Made by a program: the position numbers and the translations under genes
Assembly (NCBI GenBank): GCA_030141605.1
Contig: JAQGDQ010000146.1
Location: 317,933-381,932 of the forward strand
Source of the DNA: Tubiluchus corallicola
Lineage: Eukaryota > Animalia > Priapulida
Length of the DNA stretch: 64,000 bases
Reading direction: 5' to 3'
Shown: one piece after another, positions 24,126 through 38,150 of the stretch
How positions within the stretch are numbered: the stretch's first letter is position 1
Layout of the letters: the number at the start of each line of letters is the position of its first letter
Notes under the pieces: model-generated
Database searches by the model: none
The model's input: only the letters and a program-made list of their open reading frames with translations
What the model was told of the DNA's origin: nothing

Positions 24126-24754
24126 TTGAACCAGCCAAATATCACACGCCCTCAACGTCATGTGACAGACACTATTATGAGAGAAGGATTCATGGAAGAT
24201 TGATGAAATAATGATTTTGGTAAACACAGTTTTGTCACATGACAGGATGGTTTCATCGCATGATTTTATGTGTTTAGTGCGTTTACATTTGTCTGGTCTT
24301 TCATATTGTTTGACATTATGTAAGCAAATCTGCCCAATCGGTTCGTTGGTATGTTTGAGATAATCTCAAATCTGTCCAGACATCACGGCGAATATCAGAT
24401 TTAGCAACTAAAATTAAACAGGTTAATGTAATTAGAACGTGAATATCAGTCGATCTAATTCAACATGGCTTCTCTACGTTTAATTCAAATAACATCTTTG
24501 TGCGCCTGCCATTCACGCACACCACACAGCCGCTCACAAGCAATGTTGCCTGAGCTAGGCCATCCACGTGCACATACTGACTAGCCACCAAAGAAAACAT
24601 CAGATAAACAATGACAGATTAATAAGCATCTTGTAGACAAGTGCACGCCATACGAGACGTGATTGTTTGTTATACATTATTGTATAAATGCGTGCGGCGT
24701 GTAAACGTGAAATCCGTGCAAGTTTCACGGAAAATAAATAGTGGTACTGTAATA

Positions 24755-25153
<399 letters not shown>

Positions 25154-26074
25154 TTATTACGTACATGTCACGTAAACAATTGCTGTGTACTGACCATTGG
25201 TCTCAGCAAGCCAAACAAAGAATGAAGCCATGAACTTTGCGTTTATCTTATCATAACACGCGTCACACAAACAGTCAGCGTCCCGGCACACGTCATCACG
25301 AAGTTGGTTTTGCTGATATATTTCTTTACAAAGAATCTCGTTATTGCACATTTACATGTTTCATAAATCGATGCACATGTGTAAGATAAAAGCTGGTAAG
25401 AAAGGATTATATTCTCTGAGACCACTGCAAGGCAGTGATAAGCGTTAAGAGATTGAAATTACTCCTTCAATCCACGTTAGTTCACTTTCCGTATTATTTC
25501 TAATCTCTCTGTGAAATGATAATGATATTACAAGTCATATATGAAAATTATAATCCCGTGACCTTTGTGTGGTCTTTCGACAAAGGCACCGAAACAGAAT
25601 CCTGATGTGCAGTTTAAAGAAATACTGACAGAAATTCCAGCTCAGAGTTATTATTAAATTGGCAGCTTTATTAAATTGAAATGAAGTATTCAGTCAACGT
25701 GTAAACTGTCACCAAACTTGAATAAAGGCATCCATGTTGTCCAACTATGACCATTCGGTCGGAAACGCATTTCCGAGAGGACAATGTAGATATTTTCTTA
25801 AATTCCCAGCCCCCTTACACTAGAACAATATTCCTTCAAATGGGTGATCGATGTGTGCAACAGTATTTAATGTTGACAACTTACGCTCTTTTTCATTTAA
25901 ACTACTTATTATTATTTTAATTATTTTTGTAAATTTAATAGAAATAACTAATTAATGTGGCCCACCGTAGGTGCATTCGTGCCTGGTGGCTTTCTCCTTC
26001 CTAAAACATTAACTAATCACATTTATTTGTAAAAGATTTTATTGTATATGTACAATTGTATATTTGGGTTGAAT

Positions 26075-26708
26075 AAATCTAATCTGATCTGATCTGATCT
26101 GAAATGATCTGATCTAATCTGATCTGATCTGATCTGGTCTGGTCTGGTCTGGTCTGGTCTGGTCTGGTCTGGTCTGGTCTGGTCTGGTCTGGTCTGGTCT
26201 GGTCTGGTCTGGTCTGGTCTGGTCTGATCTGATCTGATCTGATCTGATCTGATCTGATCTGATCTGATCTGATCTGATCTGATCTAATCTAATCTAATCT
26301 AATCTAATCTAATCTAATCTAATCTAATCTAATCTAATCTAATCTAATCTAATCTAATCTAATCTAATCTAATCTAATCTAATCTAATCTAATCTAATCT
26401 AATCTAATCTAATCTAATCTAATCTAATCTAATCTAATCTAATCTAATCTAATCTAATCTAATCTAATCTAATCTAATCTAATCTAATCTAATCTAATCT
26501 AATCTAATCTAATCTAATCTAATCTAATCTAATCTAATCTAATCTAATCTAATCTAATCTAATCCAATCCAATCTAATCCAATCCAATCCAATCCAATCC
26601 AATCCAATCCAATCCAATCCAATCCAATCCAATCTAATCTAATCTAATCTAATCCAATCCTATCTAATCTAATCCAATCCAATCCAATCCAATCCAATCT
26701 AATCTAAT
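26075..26708. repeat. Compound pentanucleotide microsatellite GATCT/GGTCT/AATCT/AATCC
   Basis: Direct reading. Confidence 0.97.
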
Positions 26709-26825
26709 TTGCATTAAAAGCAAATATTTTTAAAGGATCTTTGAAATGTTAAATATTTCTGTCTTGTCTAATAGCGAATAATTCATATGGCTGGTGATTC
26801 GTATCAACCGTATAACATCCACGAA

Positions 26826-27238
26826 GGTTTCTTGTCAAAAACCAAATGGCTTCTTGTCAAAAATCAGATGGCTTATTGTCAAAAATTAGATGGTTTCTTG
26901 TCAAAAATCAGATGGTTTCTTGTCAAAAATCAGATGGCTTCTTGTCAAAAATCAGATGGCTGCTTGTCAAAAATCAGATGGCCTCTTGTCAAAAATCAGA
27001 TGGTTTCTTGTCAAAAATTAGATGGCCTCTTGTCAAAAATCAGATGGCCTCTTGTCAAAAATCAGTTGGCTTCTTGTCAAAAATCAGATGGCCTCTTGTC
27101 AAAAATTAGATGGCTTATTGTCAAAAATCAGATGGCTTCTTGTCAAAAATCAGATGGCTTATTGTCAAAAATCAGATGGCTTCTTGTCAAAAATCAGATG
27201 GCTTCTTGTCAAAAATCGGATGGCTTCTTGTCAAAAAT
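26826..27238. repeat. 22-bp minisatellite, ~19 copies
   Basis: Unit cttgtcaaaaatcagatggctt. Confidence 0.95.
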
Positions 27239-27454
27239 CTGTTACAGCTAATCGGAACGTGGTCATTGTTTTCTTATTTTATGTTTTCTTTTACCTTCTT
27301 TCATTCTGTTTTCTTTCTACTAACTGCAACATAGTTCTTCTTTATTCTTCTCTTCTCTTTTCTTTTCATCTTCATTCTTCATTCTTTGTTTTATGGCGGC
27401 TTAACAAAATCCCCTTACAGCTGCCATGCAGCAAACTTCAACACTTTAATATGT

Positions 27455-27455
<1 letters not shown>

Positions 27456-27516
<61 letters not shown>
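27456..27516. repeat. (AAT)n microsatellite
   Basis: Direct reading. Confidence 0.95.
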
Positions 27517-27748
27517 TTAATATATAATAATAGTATGTTTAAGAGTCAAAAATTATTTTATTTTTTTGTTGTTTTTCAAATATACAAAAGCGTTGTACAT
27601 GTATAAGTTGTATTATTGCAGTAGCTTGTTTGCTGGTGAAATAAACTGAATTTGAATTTGAATTAAAGCTGTGGACTTAGAAGTGTAGAAAATGTTTAGC
27701 GACATCGCAGAACGCAAAATGTAGGCGTTAGCAACACACTAAAAGAAT

Positions 27749-27826
27749 GTAGGTACTGGTCACTTTATGAAGGTACTGGTCACTTTATGAAGGTACTGGT
27801 CACTTTATGTAGGTACTGGTCACTTT
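27749..27826. repeat. 20-bp tandem repeat x4
   Basis: Unit aggtactggtcactttatga. Confidence 0.9.
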
Positions 27827-28251
27827 AAAACTTATTATTTAAAGGGCGAGATTGCCAACCGAAGTGTAGCAGAGTGTTGGACAGTCAGACCTCTACTCGA
27901 GAGCAATGCTTTGGAGAAGTTAATCATCGTCAGCTTTTACTAAAGGGCTTGAAAGTGTTTCAGTGTTCGTGTAGAAACTTCAGCTGTGTTCTATTTGAAA
28001 TGCAGTCAGCAATTTCTCATTACTCGTCGCAGGGTACACTAGGGATGCTGGGATGCCGCTCGGCAAGCTGCATCCATCACAGCGCTGACGAAGAGAAATT
28101 ATCAGTGTTATACGTGGTTGTATATCTTATGCGACGAACAAGATTAAACCTAATCATGTGATCTTTGAGCCTTCTCTACAGAGGAGTATTGCTGTTACTG
28201 TAATTGATGATGTTTAGCAATGCAGTAGCATATGAAATACAGAAGCATTTG

Positions 28252-28878
28252 TTAAAGCAAAACAGGACGATTTTTCCTGTCCTGCCCAATTTTGATGTAC
28301 GGAATATGTATACATTTTAACACATGCGATAATGCCTAAGCATTTCTCAGAATTAAATAATAGGTTAAGAACTTAATTATCGGCGGCGAGTGCAGCTAGT
28401 AATGACGTCACAAACGAACACTATTTTCAAAAGCAAAAAATATTCCACGAACGTGTTGTGGACTTGTTTGCAAAAGAGAAAATTGAAGTACAGTGCTACT
28501 GTAAGATATTCAATGCGTTGTACTAAAACTAGGCAAGTTTTAAGATAAATAATGCAAATTTTAAATTTACCGCTGTGCTCGCGCATGAGCTCTCGAACGT
28601 GTATTACGTCACAAACGAGCAGCTCCGAAATGAGAGGTACAGCACCTGTTTTCATGCAACGCGTTTCCGAAATGTAATCGTTAGTACCCATCTAACTAAC
28701 GAATGGCAAAATGCATGTAACATCAAAGAATTAGCCGCGAGAACACGAAATTACTTTTCTGTGGTAATAATTCTTTCACGTAAGTCATTTTTGAAAAAAA
28801 TAGTATGTTTCCTTTCAATATTTTAAAGAGTAGATTGTTTTGTCCTACAATTTAAGATTGTGTCTGGTACTGCTTTAA
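28252..28878 (+). mobile_element. Kolobok-like MITE family A, full length
   Basis: TTAA-AGCAAAACAGGACGA ... CTGGTACTGCT-TTAA. Confidence 0.85.
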
Positions 28879-28902
28879 ATTTCAAGAACTATATTAGTTC
28901 GA

Positions 28903-29357
28903 CAACTAGTTAGACGGGCAGTAACACCTGCATTTCGAAAGCGTTGCATATAAAACAGGTGCTGTACCTCCCAGTTCAGATGCGTTAATTTGTGACGTAC
29001 AGCAGTACTACACGTTCGACAGCTCATGCGTGAGCACAGCGGTAAATTTGAAATTAAAGAATTTATGTTAAGACTTGTCTAGTTTTAGTACAACAGACTG
29101 AATATCTTACAGTAGCACTGTACTTCAGTTTTCTCTTTCACAAACACGTGCAACAGGCTCGTGGAATATTTTTGCTGTTGCAAATTATGATAGTTTGTGA
29201 TGTCATCAATAGTTGGGCTCGCCTGCCGTTAATTAAGACTTTGGTCTATTATTTAATTATCAGAAACGCTATTGCAGCATTAATTGTGTTAAGAAGTATA
29301 CTTTTATCGGACTTGAAAATGGGGTAATGTATGAAAAATCATCCTGTTTTCTTTTAA
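28903..29357 (-). mobile_element. Family A partial copy, inverted against the adjacent copy
   Basis: Reverse complement of the 5' ~450 bp of family A, ending ATCCTGTTTTCTT-TTAA. Confidence 0.85.
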
Positions 29358-29822
29358 CTTCATTACTTGTTATTGGTATATTTATTTGTCATTGCTTTGG
29401 ATCTACAGAGCAAAAGGCTGAGCGACATTCAGTTTTCTGTTAATACAGTTTTTTCAGTTTGGGTAATAAAATATTCCGGCATTTGCTCGTATTACTCCGC
29501 ACTGCTGTGGGTAAACACACAAGTGGATTGAGCTTGTCAACTTTCTCAACTTCTTTAAATATAGATCAGTGTCGGCTCGGCTCTTATTATTGGATTGATA
29601 ATTGCAGCACTTCAAAGTAGTTTGAAATGAAAAACACCACAGGATTCGACGGATTTAATCATTTATAACATAGTAAGGGTTCCATTTGTAACCGTCCAGA
29701 GGTGGCTTAACCACGAACAACTTGTTAGAACAGCTAGTATGTTTCATGTAAGTTTTGTTATTAATTTATTGTAGATTTTTGTAAAACTACCTGTAAATTT
29801 TGTGTTCTAAGTTTCAAAAACA

Positions 29823-30139
<317 letters not shown>

Positions 30140-30688
30140 TTGTAGTCAAAAATAAACTTGGAGGTGTCTCCACTGATAGCGGTGTTATACTCATTGATTG
30201 GTACAACGTTCAACATAAAGTTCCGAGTTCAAATCCTATTCATGCAACACCTTATTCCTTTTCAAAGGAAAGAAAGCGATGGACTTATCTATTCTCATTA
30301 AATATTTAGTTTGAACTGTAAATTAATGATCCTATTTAGTGTTTATGATATTTCGATGACTTATTTATCCATGAAAACATACAATTCCAAAAATCAATAC
30401 ACATTTAGCGTATTTTTAGTTTTGAATTGTCAAGTAAAAAACAGCTGCCGTCAAAAATGGCCTGGCAGTTCCGAGTTTTTCTGAAATGTATTATTTACGT
30501 GGTGCTTTGAAAAAATGATTACTAAGGCAAGTAAACATGCCTATTTTCCCACCTGGTTAGTTGATTTGTTGACTGTGTTGACTATATGAAACAAAATGTA
30601 ACTGTGCACAACTCAATAACACTTTGCTTTTCAATACTGTACGCTGTTTAACACAAATTTAGTAGATGTTTTGGCCAGGTGCACAGCG

Positions 30689-30940
30689 TTAAGGGAAAAC
30701 CGGACGATTGCGTAGACATTAGTTCAAAATAATGTAAAATAAAGTATTAAATAAACTTAGATTAAATAATAATTACCTCGGATATTCAAATTTTGTTAAA
30801 CTTTCAAAGCTTAATGAATCCACTAAGACCGATAATGGCGCCTTTTTGTTACATTTGCGTGGCCGACAAATAGGCGCGGTACCGTCAAGAGCACGATCAT
30901 GAACGGCAGTGTTCATTTGTGACGTCAGTGTGACGTAGAG
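30689..30940 (+). mobile_element. Kolobok-like MITE family C, 5' part
   Basis: TTAA-GGGAAAACCGGACGATTG...; aligns with 44777-45062. Confidence 0.7.
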
Positions 30941-31355
30941 CTATTACGATATCCTTACCTTGATTAATATTTGAATGACAGTGGCTCGCGATGGTGTCGC
31001 GTTTTGAAATTGTCAGGTAATCCTTTCTCTCTCTTAATGGGCTAGATCTGTCCCTTTCTTTTTACCAAATATAATGCTTCTTTCTAGGTTAGGCTTTACA
31101 AGAATCAACTTTTAAAGTACTGGATGCCTACCATCCACAATAGGAAAGGTCTTGTTCGTAAAAATTCGTTTCAGTATCAACTTTATAAGTCGATGCTGTA
31201 CGCCTTTACGGAACTGATGAAGATGGAAAAATTATAAGGCATAGTGATGTAATCGACTCTCGCCATCTAGTTATTCACAAGCTCCAATGGCAAACTCGAC
31301 CAAATTTACTACAGTTTGGTAAAGGCGTTGATGGAAAATTATGTCACGAATAAAT

Positions 31356-31911
31356 TTAAAAGAAAAGTCAAGCCTTAAGCTTATTTAAATGTTCATGAAA
31401 ACTGATAGAAGGTTTAGTAATAAAACTGCAATAAGCGTCTCGTTTAATTAGTAAAATCACTTTAATGTCGCGATCACTTCATGCTTGGTCGCTCCCATTT
31501 TCAATGCTTATTCTTCTTCCAATGACGTCATTCGTCTTGAGGAAAAGTAGCGCACTGTCAATCTTCGTCAAAAGTATAGCAAGATTTTACAAAAAAATGT
31601 GATAGCTAATTTTATAATATTTTTTGCGTGAACATTAGGTAAACTGCAGAAATTTGAATTAGTTTAAGCAGCGCGCGCTTTCGGAAAGCCACGATGAGCT
31701 TACGAAAAGTCACGAAGTCTCCCAGTTACGTCATGACTTTCCAGTGAATGTCAGCAACCACCACGCCTGAAAATTTCTATTCAGAGGTAGTTTATTTTAA
31801 ATTTATGCTTTATAGACAGTTTTTTGCAAATTTCTTTGTTACTTTTTTCCAAGTTTAAGTGATGACTGTAAAATGAACTTAACATGCTAAGTGAGTTGTT
31901 CTTTCCTTTAA
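31356..31911 (+). mobile_element. Kolobok-like MITE family B, full length
   Basis: TTAA-AAGAAAAGTCAA ... GTTGTTCTTTCCT-TTAA. Confidence 0.85.
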
Positions 31912-32425
31912 ATAGTCGCTTGAAAAGGGGTTTGTTTCGTGTACTCGAGTGAAATAATAACGTGCTGTTAACTGGTTACAGAAGCCACGCTTCAACTTCA
32001 ACTTTTTTGCTTGCCCTTTCAGATTATATGACAAATGAAGAAGAATGAATCAAACATCAAAGCCACTTTCCAATTTCCTCCTATAAATTATCAACGTACA
32101 TTTTCGGTTTTGTCAGTGCAACGGGGTAAACATATTTCATACGTCTGCGGTTCGTCGACTGAAATGTAATTGCCAAGATCGTGTTAGTTTTTAATTTAGT
32201 CAGCAAATTTTCAGCTGAACTCTTAGCTAATTCGAGACAGAGTAAAATGGAGCAAAGAGAGAGAGGGCGTGGCAGGGTTCCTTTCTAGCGCTGCAGTCGA
32301 AATGTGGACAAGAGAGTGTGAAACCTAGAAAATAGTTATTACTCATTGTCCATGTCTAAATGGGTTGTTTAGAACGAAAGAATGGCTAGATCATAAGAAC
32401 TGTAAACCGTATTCCATTGCCAGTG

Positions 32426-33260
32426 CAGAACAGAACAGAACAGAACAGAACAGAACAGAACAGAACAGAACAGAGCAGAACAGAACAGAACAGAACAGAA
32501 CAGAACAGAACAGAACAGAACAGAACAGAACAGAACAGAACAGAACAGAACAGAACAGAACAGAACAGAACAGAACAGAACAGAACAGAACAGAGCAGAA
32601 CAGAACAGAACAGAACAGAACAGAACAGAACAGAACAGAACAGAACAGAACAGAACAGAACAGAACAGAACAGAACAGAACAGAACAGAACAGAACAGAA
32701 CAGAACAGAACAGAACAGAATAGAACAGAACAGAACAGAACAGAACAGAACAGAACAGAACAGAACAGGGCAGGGCAGAGCAGGGCAGGGCAGGGCAGGA
32801 CAGAGCAGAGCAGGGCAGACCGGGGCAGCGCAGGGCAGGGCAGGGCAGACCGGGGCAGGGCAGGGCAGGACAGGGCAGAGGAGAGCAGGGCAGACTGGGG
32901 CTGTGCAGGGCAGGGCAGAGCAGGGCAGTGCAGGGCAGGGCAGGGCAGAGCAGAGTAGCACAGCACAGCACAGCACAGCACAGCACAGCACAGAACAGAA
33001 CAGAACAGAACAGAACAGAACAGAACAGAACAGAACAGAACAGAACAGAACAGAACAGAACAGAACAGAACAGAACAGCACAGAACAGAACAGAACAGAA
33101 CAGAAAAGAACAGAACAGTAAAGTAAAGAAAAGAAAAAAGGAAAAGAAAAGAATAGAAAAGAAAAAAGGAAAAGAAAAGAAAAAAATGGAAAGGAAAAGA
33201 AAAGAAAAGAAAAGAAAAGAAAAGAAAGCAAAGCAAGAAAAAGCAAAACGAACTAAAACA
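32426..33260. repeat. Compound pentanucleotide microsatellite CAGAA/CAGGG/CAGCA/AAAAG
   Basis: Direct reading. Confidence 0.97.
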
Positions 33261-33732
33261 AAAGAAAGGAAAATACTTTATAGTTATAAAAGTTTGTATA
33301 GCCATCTGTGATTTTCCAAATCAATTATTGTGTTCAAAAGACTAACTGACAATAACATAACATTTTGCCTTGAAGCATTCTGCTTGTCTTTGATATCGTT
33401 GGCTCTGATATATAATACAGCATGAATTTGCATAAACCTTTGATCACTTATGCATTGTAAGACAACCAGTTTAGTTAACCGAAATATTGAGAGATTTCTG
33501 TCATGTATTCATGAATGAACATTATACTAATTTGAGCAAACTTCGTGGCAATCTAAATGTATGAAGCTTATCGTGAAAAGTCTGAACTGTAGTTTTTGTG
33601 AGTTTAGGTGCAGAAAGACGGGGCTCATATCAATAATTTCTAATCATCAAAATAATATTTAGGTTTATTTGGCAAAAACCACTATAAAGTTACAGGCTGT
33701 TGAAGTGACCACATGTTAACAGTTGAATTTTA

Positions 33733-34353
33733 TTGAAGCAAAGCAGGACGATTTTTCTTATCATACCCCATTTTCAAGTTCGATAAAAGTTTACATTTTA
33801 ACACGATTAATACTGCAAAAGCGTTTCTAATAATTATATAATAGATTAAAAATTTAATTAACGGTGGGCGTGCCCAACTATTGATGACATCACAAACTAA
33901 CATAATTTCCAACAACAAAAATATTCCACGAGCGTGTTGCACGTGTTTGTGAAAATGAAAATTGAAGTACAGTGCTGCTGTAAGAGATTAAGTGTGTTGG
34001 ACTAAAACTAGGCAAGTTTTAAGATAAAAAATTCAAATTTGAAATTTACCGCTGTGCTCACGCATGAGCTGTCGAACGTGTGTAGTTCGTTGCAAACGAA
34101 GGCTCTGAACTGAGAGGTACAGCACCTGTTTTTCATCCAATTCGTTTGCGAAATATAGTCGCTAGTGCCCGTCTAACTAACGAATGGCGAAATGCATGTA
34201 ACAGCGAAGAACTAGTAGCTCGAAAACGAAATCACTTTTGTCCGGTAATAATTTTTTCACGTAAATAATTTTTGAAAAAATAGCATGTTTCCTTTCAATA
34301 TTTTAAAGAGTAGATTGTTTTGACCTGCGGTTTAAGATTGGGTCCGGTTTTGC
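33733..34353 (+). mobile_element. Kolobok-like MITE family A
   Basis: Near full-length match to family A, ending ttgggtccggttttgc. Confidence 0.85.
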
Positions 34354-34405
34354 AAAGGGATTGCAGACCCATTTACGGCTCTGACAACATACATGTTGAC
34401 AAGGT

Positions 34406-35190
34406 TAGTATAGTATGGTATGGTATGGCATGGTATGGTATGGTGTGGTGTGGTGTGGTGTGGTGTGGTGTGGTGTGGTGTGGTGTGGTGTGGTATGGTA
34501 TGGTATGGTATGGTATGGTATGGTATGGTATGGTATGGTATAGTATGGTATAGTATAGTATAGTATGGTATAGTATAGTATAGTATAGTATAGTATAGTA
34601 TAGTATAGTATAGTATAGTATAGTATAGTATAGTATAGTATAGTATAGTATAGTATAGTATAGTATGGTATAGTATAGTATAGTATAGTATAGTATAGTA
34701 TAGTATGGTATGGTATGGTATGGTATAGTATAGTATAGTGTGGTACTGTATGGTACAGTATGATACAGTACGGTACAGTACGGTACAGTACGGTACAGTA
34801 CGGTACAGTACGGTACAGTACGGTACAGTACGGTACAGTACGGTACAGTACGGTACAGTACAGTACAGTACAGTACAGTACAGTACAGTACAGCACAGCA
34901 CAGCACAGTACAGTACAGTACAGTACAGTACAGTACAGTACAGTACAGTACAGTACAGTACAGTACAGTACAGTACAGTACAGTACAGTACAGTACAGTA
35001 CAGTACAGTACAGTACAGTACAGTACAGTACAGTACAGTACAGTACAGTACAGTAAAGTAAAGTAAAGTACAGTACAGTACAGTACAGTATAGTATAGTA
35101 TAACATAGTATAACATAACATAGTATAACATAGCATAGCACAGCACAGCACAGCACAGCACAGTACAGTATAGCACAACATAGTATATAA
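34406..35190. repeat. Compound pentanucleotide microsatellite TGGTA/TGGTG/TAGTA/CGGTA/CAGTA/TAACA
   Basis: Direct reading. Confidence 0.97.
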
Positions 35191-35409
35191 TGTAATAGCT
35201 CTGTTTTGTATTTTTATAGTTTGATGTTGTTTTGTTGTATGTACAGTATGTTATTGTAGTATAACGTATATGTCAATAATAAATATGGCATAGCACAGTA
35301 TAGTATAGTGTCACTTTTCATTTGACAACAATTTAAAACACAAAAGTATGCACAGTTACAGTAAAATAAAAGCCACTCTATCCACACAGTTATGAGACAC
35401 CTTAAAATC

Positions 35410-35882
35410 ATTGAAAACAATTATTTTACATATAAATTAAAACAGTCATTAAACAAACATTGAACATATCATTACACTAGTTAAAAGATGATCTTCTTTC
35501 CACCACTAGGTAGCAGGTTTTGGCACATTCTTTTAAACAAATATGGCCTGACAGTATCTGACATAATTTATCATTATCGCTGAACTCATTAAAATTATTG
35601 ATTGTTGCGCTTGGACACTGAAATAACAAAATTAGAATAACGTCATAAAGGGGGTCAATGCAATAGAACATGTTTTTCAGACTCGACCGATAACTGATCA
35701 CAAAAATGACACAATCTTTCATCTTCTGCGATATTAGTGAACCTTCAAATTTCTAACATAATGGGAACAACCCACATCTAAATTTAACTGATGCACTTCT
35801 GTGGATTTCGAGCAATGTACTTGATACATATAATCCAGTGTTACAGTCCTTTTTAAAAAGTCCATACGATCTCAGCTTATTA
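35410..35882 (-). mobile_element. Decayed non-LTR retrotransposon 3' fragment (possibly RTE-X-like)
   Basis: Minus strand reads NKLRSYGLFKKD...HRSASVKFRCGLFPL, then after a frameshift EI*RFTNIAEDERLCHFCDQLSVESEKHVLLH*P. This resembles the KLRTY..FK / RLC..C...E.E.H.LL.CP.Y C-terminal motif of invertebrate LINE ORF2. Clade assignment is uncertain. Confidence 0.7.
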
Positions 35883-36611
35883 CATAACAGTTATGTATTA
35901 GGCTACGTCACAGAAGTCTTGGACAGTTTTATAACATTTGCTGTGAGTACATTACCGTAGACATTTTAAAGAAACACAAGAAAGTTCCAATTTATGTACC
36001 TATTAATAATTCACTGCTTTTATACACTATCCTGAGAGGGTTTTAAAAATTTACACGTTGCCATTAAGCCGTGGTAATAAATCCTCCACCGCTAAAGCAA
36101 TATGCTAAATTTCCCACCCGGGGGATGATGCGCCTTTGTTTTCTTTAGCAAATGGGTCTCAACGATTTATTAATTGGCTAATTATTTGATCGCGTGTTAT
36201 TAATTCTGATGTTAATTGCATGAAAATTAACAGAAAATTTGCCCAGCCTCTTGTATTTGCGGGCGGGCGAAATTAGCTTCTAATGTCCTTAATGAATTTT
36301 CCATTAACTTTGCAGATAAAAATCGATAAAATTTCAGTGTCGCGCTGCATGGTGTCGCTTCGCTTCGAAAACTGGCAACACTATTTTTGCAAAATAAAGC
36401 AGAAAATATCTGAACACAAATTATTGCACCTAAATTGTGTTTTGTACCAGTGGCTGCAGGTATTTTGTTGACAAATACCTTTTCTATGATAAAAATGCAC
36501 TGCAATGATTAGGCCAGTTGTTGTGGGATGAAAGTGCAGTTGCAGTTACATTTTTGAGAAATAACTCTATAAAGAAACACATGCCTTGTAAAACCGCGGA
36601 TCATTGAACCT

Positions 36612-38150
36612 AAAAATTTTTATTTTATCTATTTATTTATAATAAATCTATGAACTGAAGTCAAGAGGCTTATATGTCCATTAAAACATCGTAAAATATT
36701 TCGACAATGTACAGAAAAAGTAAAATTACTGCTAAAAGTACAAAATACATAGTATATGGTTAGTACAATATAAACACACAAGTAGGTGCAATAAATTAAA
36801 AGTGCCGGTAAAAAGATTAAAACTTGATTAGTACGATAAAATTGTATAATTATGGTAAAAAATTTACATCTTACATCATTTATCAAATCACATATTTTCT
36901 AGTAAATGTTTTTTTAAAAGTTTCTTAAATTTATTTATATTACCGGCTTGTTTTATTTTACTGGGTAAATTATTCCACATTACAGCACCATTATACATGA
37001 CAGAATGTTTCATAACGTTTGTTCTGCACTTAGAAATATGCAATTTGTGGTATTGTCGAGTTTGACATGAATACATACTGCTGTTATAACTGAAAAAATG
37101 GTGATACATATTAAACGAAAGATTATTAACATGTTTGTACATGAACAAGTTAGTTTGCATATAGACTACCTTGGACATTATCAGTACTTTCAAATTTTTA
37201 AAGAGATTGTCGGTACGAGCTCTGTAATACGAGTGTGTCATTAGACGAATGAGCTTTTTTGAACTTTCAATAATCTTTCTAAGGTATCTGCATTCTTATT
37301 ACCCCATACTATCATTGCAACAATCAAAGTTTCAGTAATCTTTCTAAGCTATCAGTATACATATTACCCCATACTATCATTGCAGTAATCAAAGTTTCAA
37401 TAATCTTTCTAAGCTATCAGTATACATATTACCCCATACTATACTGCAATAATCAAAGTTTCAATAATCTTTCTAAGGTTTCTGCATACATATTACTCCA
37501 CACTATACTGCAATAATCAAAGTTTTAATAATCTTTCTAAGGTATCTGCATACGTATTCTTATTACCCCATACTATCACTGCAATAATCAAAGTTTTAAT
37601 AATCTTTCTAAGCTATCAGTATACATATTACCCCACACTATACTGCAACAATCAAAGTTTTAATAATCTTTCTAAGGTATCTGCATACATATTACCCCAT
37701 ACTATACTGCAATAATCAAAGTTTTAATAATCTTTCTAAGGTATCTGCATACATATTACCCCATACTATACTGCAATAATCAAAGTTTTAATAATCTTTC
37801 TAAGCTATCAGTATACGTATTACCCCATATTATCACTGCAATAATCAAAGTTTTAACAATCTTTCTAAGCTATCAGTATACGTATTACCCCATACTATAC
37901 TGCAATAATCAAAGTTTTAATAATCTTTCTAAGGTATCTGCATACATATTACTCCATACTATCACTGCAATAATCAAAGTTGCAATAATCTTTCTAAGGT
38001 ATCTGCATACGTATTACCCCATACTATACTGCAATAATCAAAGTTTCAATAATCTTTCTAAGGTATCTGCATACGTATTACCCCATACTATACTGCAATA
38101 ATCAAAGTAAGGATATGGAAACGTATAATACAGATGTTTATAAGTAGATA
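36612..38150 (-). mobile_element. 5'-truncated CR1/L2-group LINE with internal minisatellite
   Basis: LYYTFPYPYFDYCSIVWGN..[array]..LIRLMTHSYYRARTDNLFKNLKVL...LFMYK...WNNLPSKIK...FKKLLKKHLL* (36888-37241) is a typical post-RT region. It is followed by a 3'UTR and an A-rich tail near 36615. Confidence 0.85.
37265..38108 (-). repeat. 64-bp minisatellite (13 copies) derived from LINE ORF2
   Basis: Unit on the minus strand encodes FDYCSIVWGNxYADTLERLLK; unit ends at 37330, 37395 ... 38108. Confidence 0.92.

Noticed and set aside
26787-27606. 154-aa and 194-aa repetitive ORFs
   Set aside because: Products of the 22-bp minisatellite plus low-complexity sequence.
30170-30250. B-box-like gagttcaaatcc (possible tRNA)
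   Set aside because: No cloverleaf or clear A box; at best a very decayed SINE head.
32365-35181. 200-300-aa ORFs (EQNRT, CSVLF, YTILY repeats)
   Set aside because: Pentanucleotide microsatellites that are open in several frames on both strands.
36888-37241. 117-aa ORF as a host gene
   Set aside because: It is the C-terminus of a truncated LINE ORF2.
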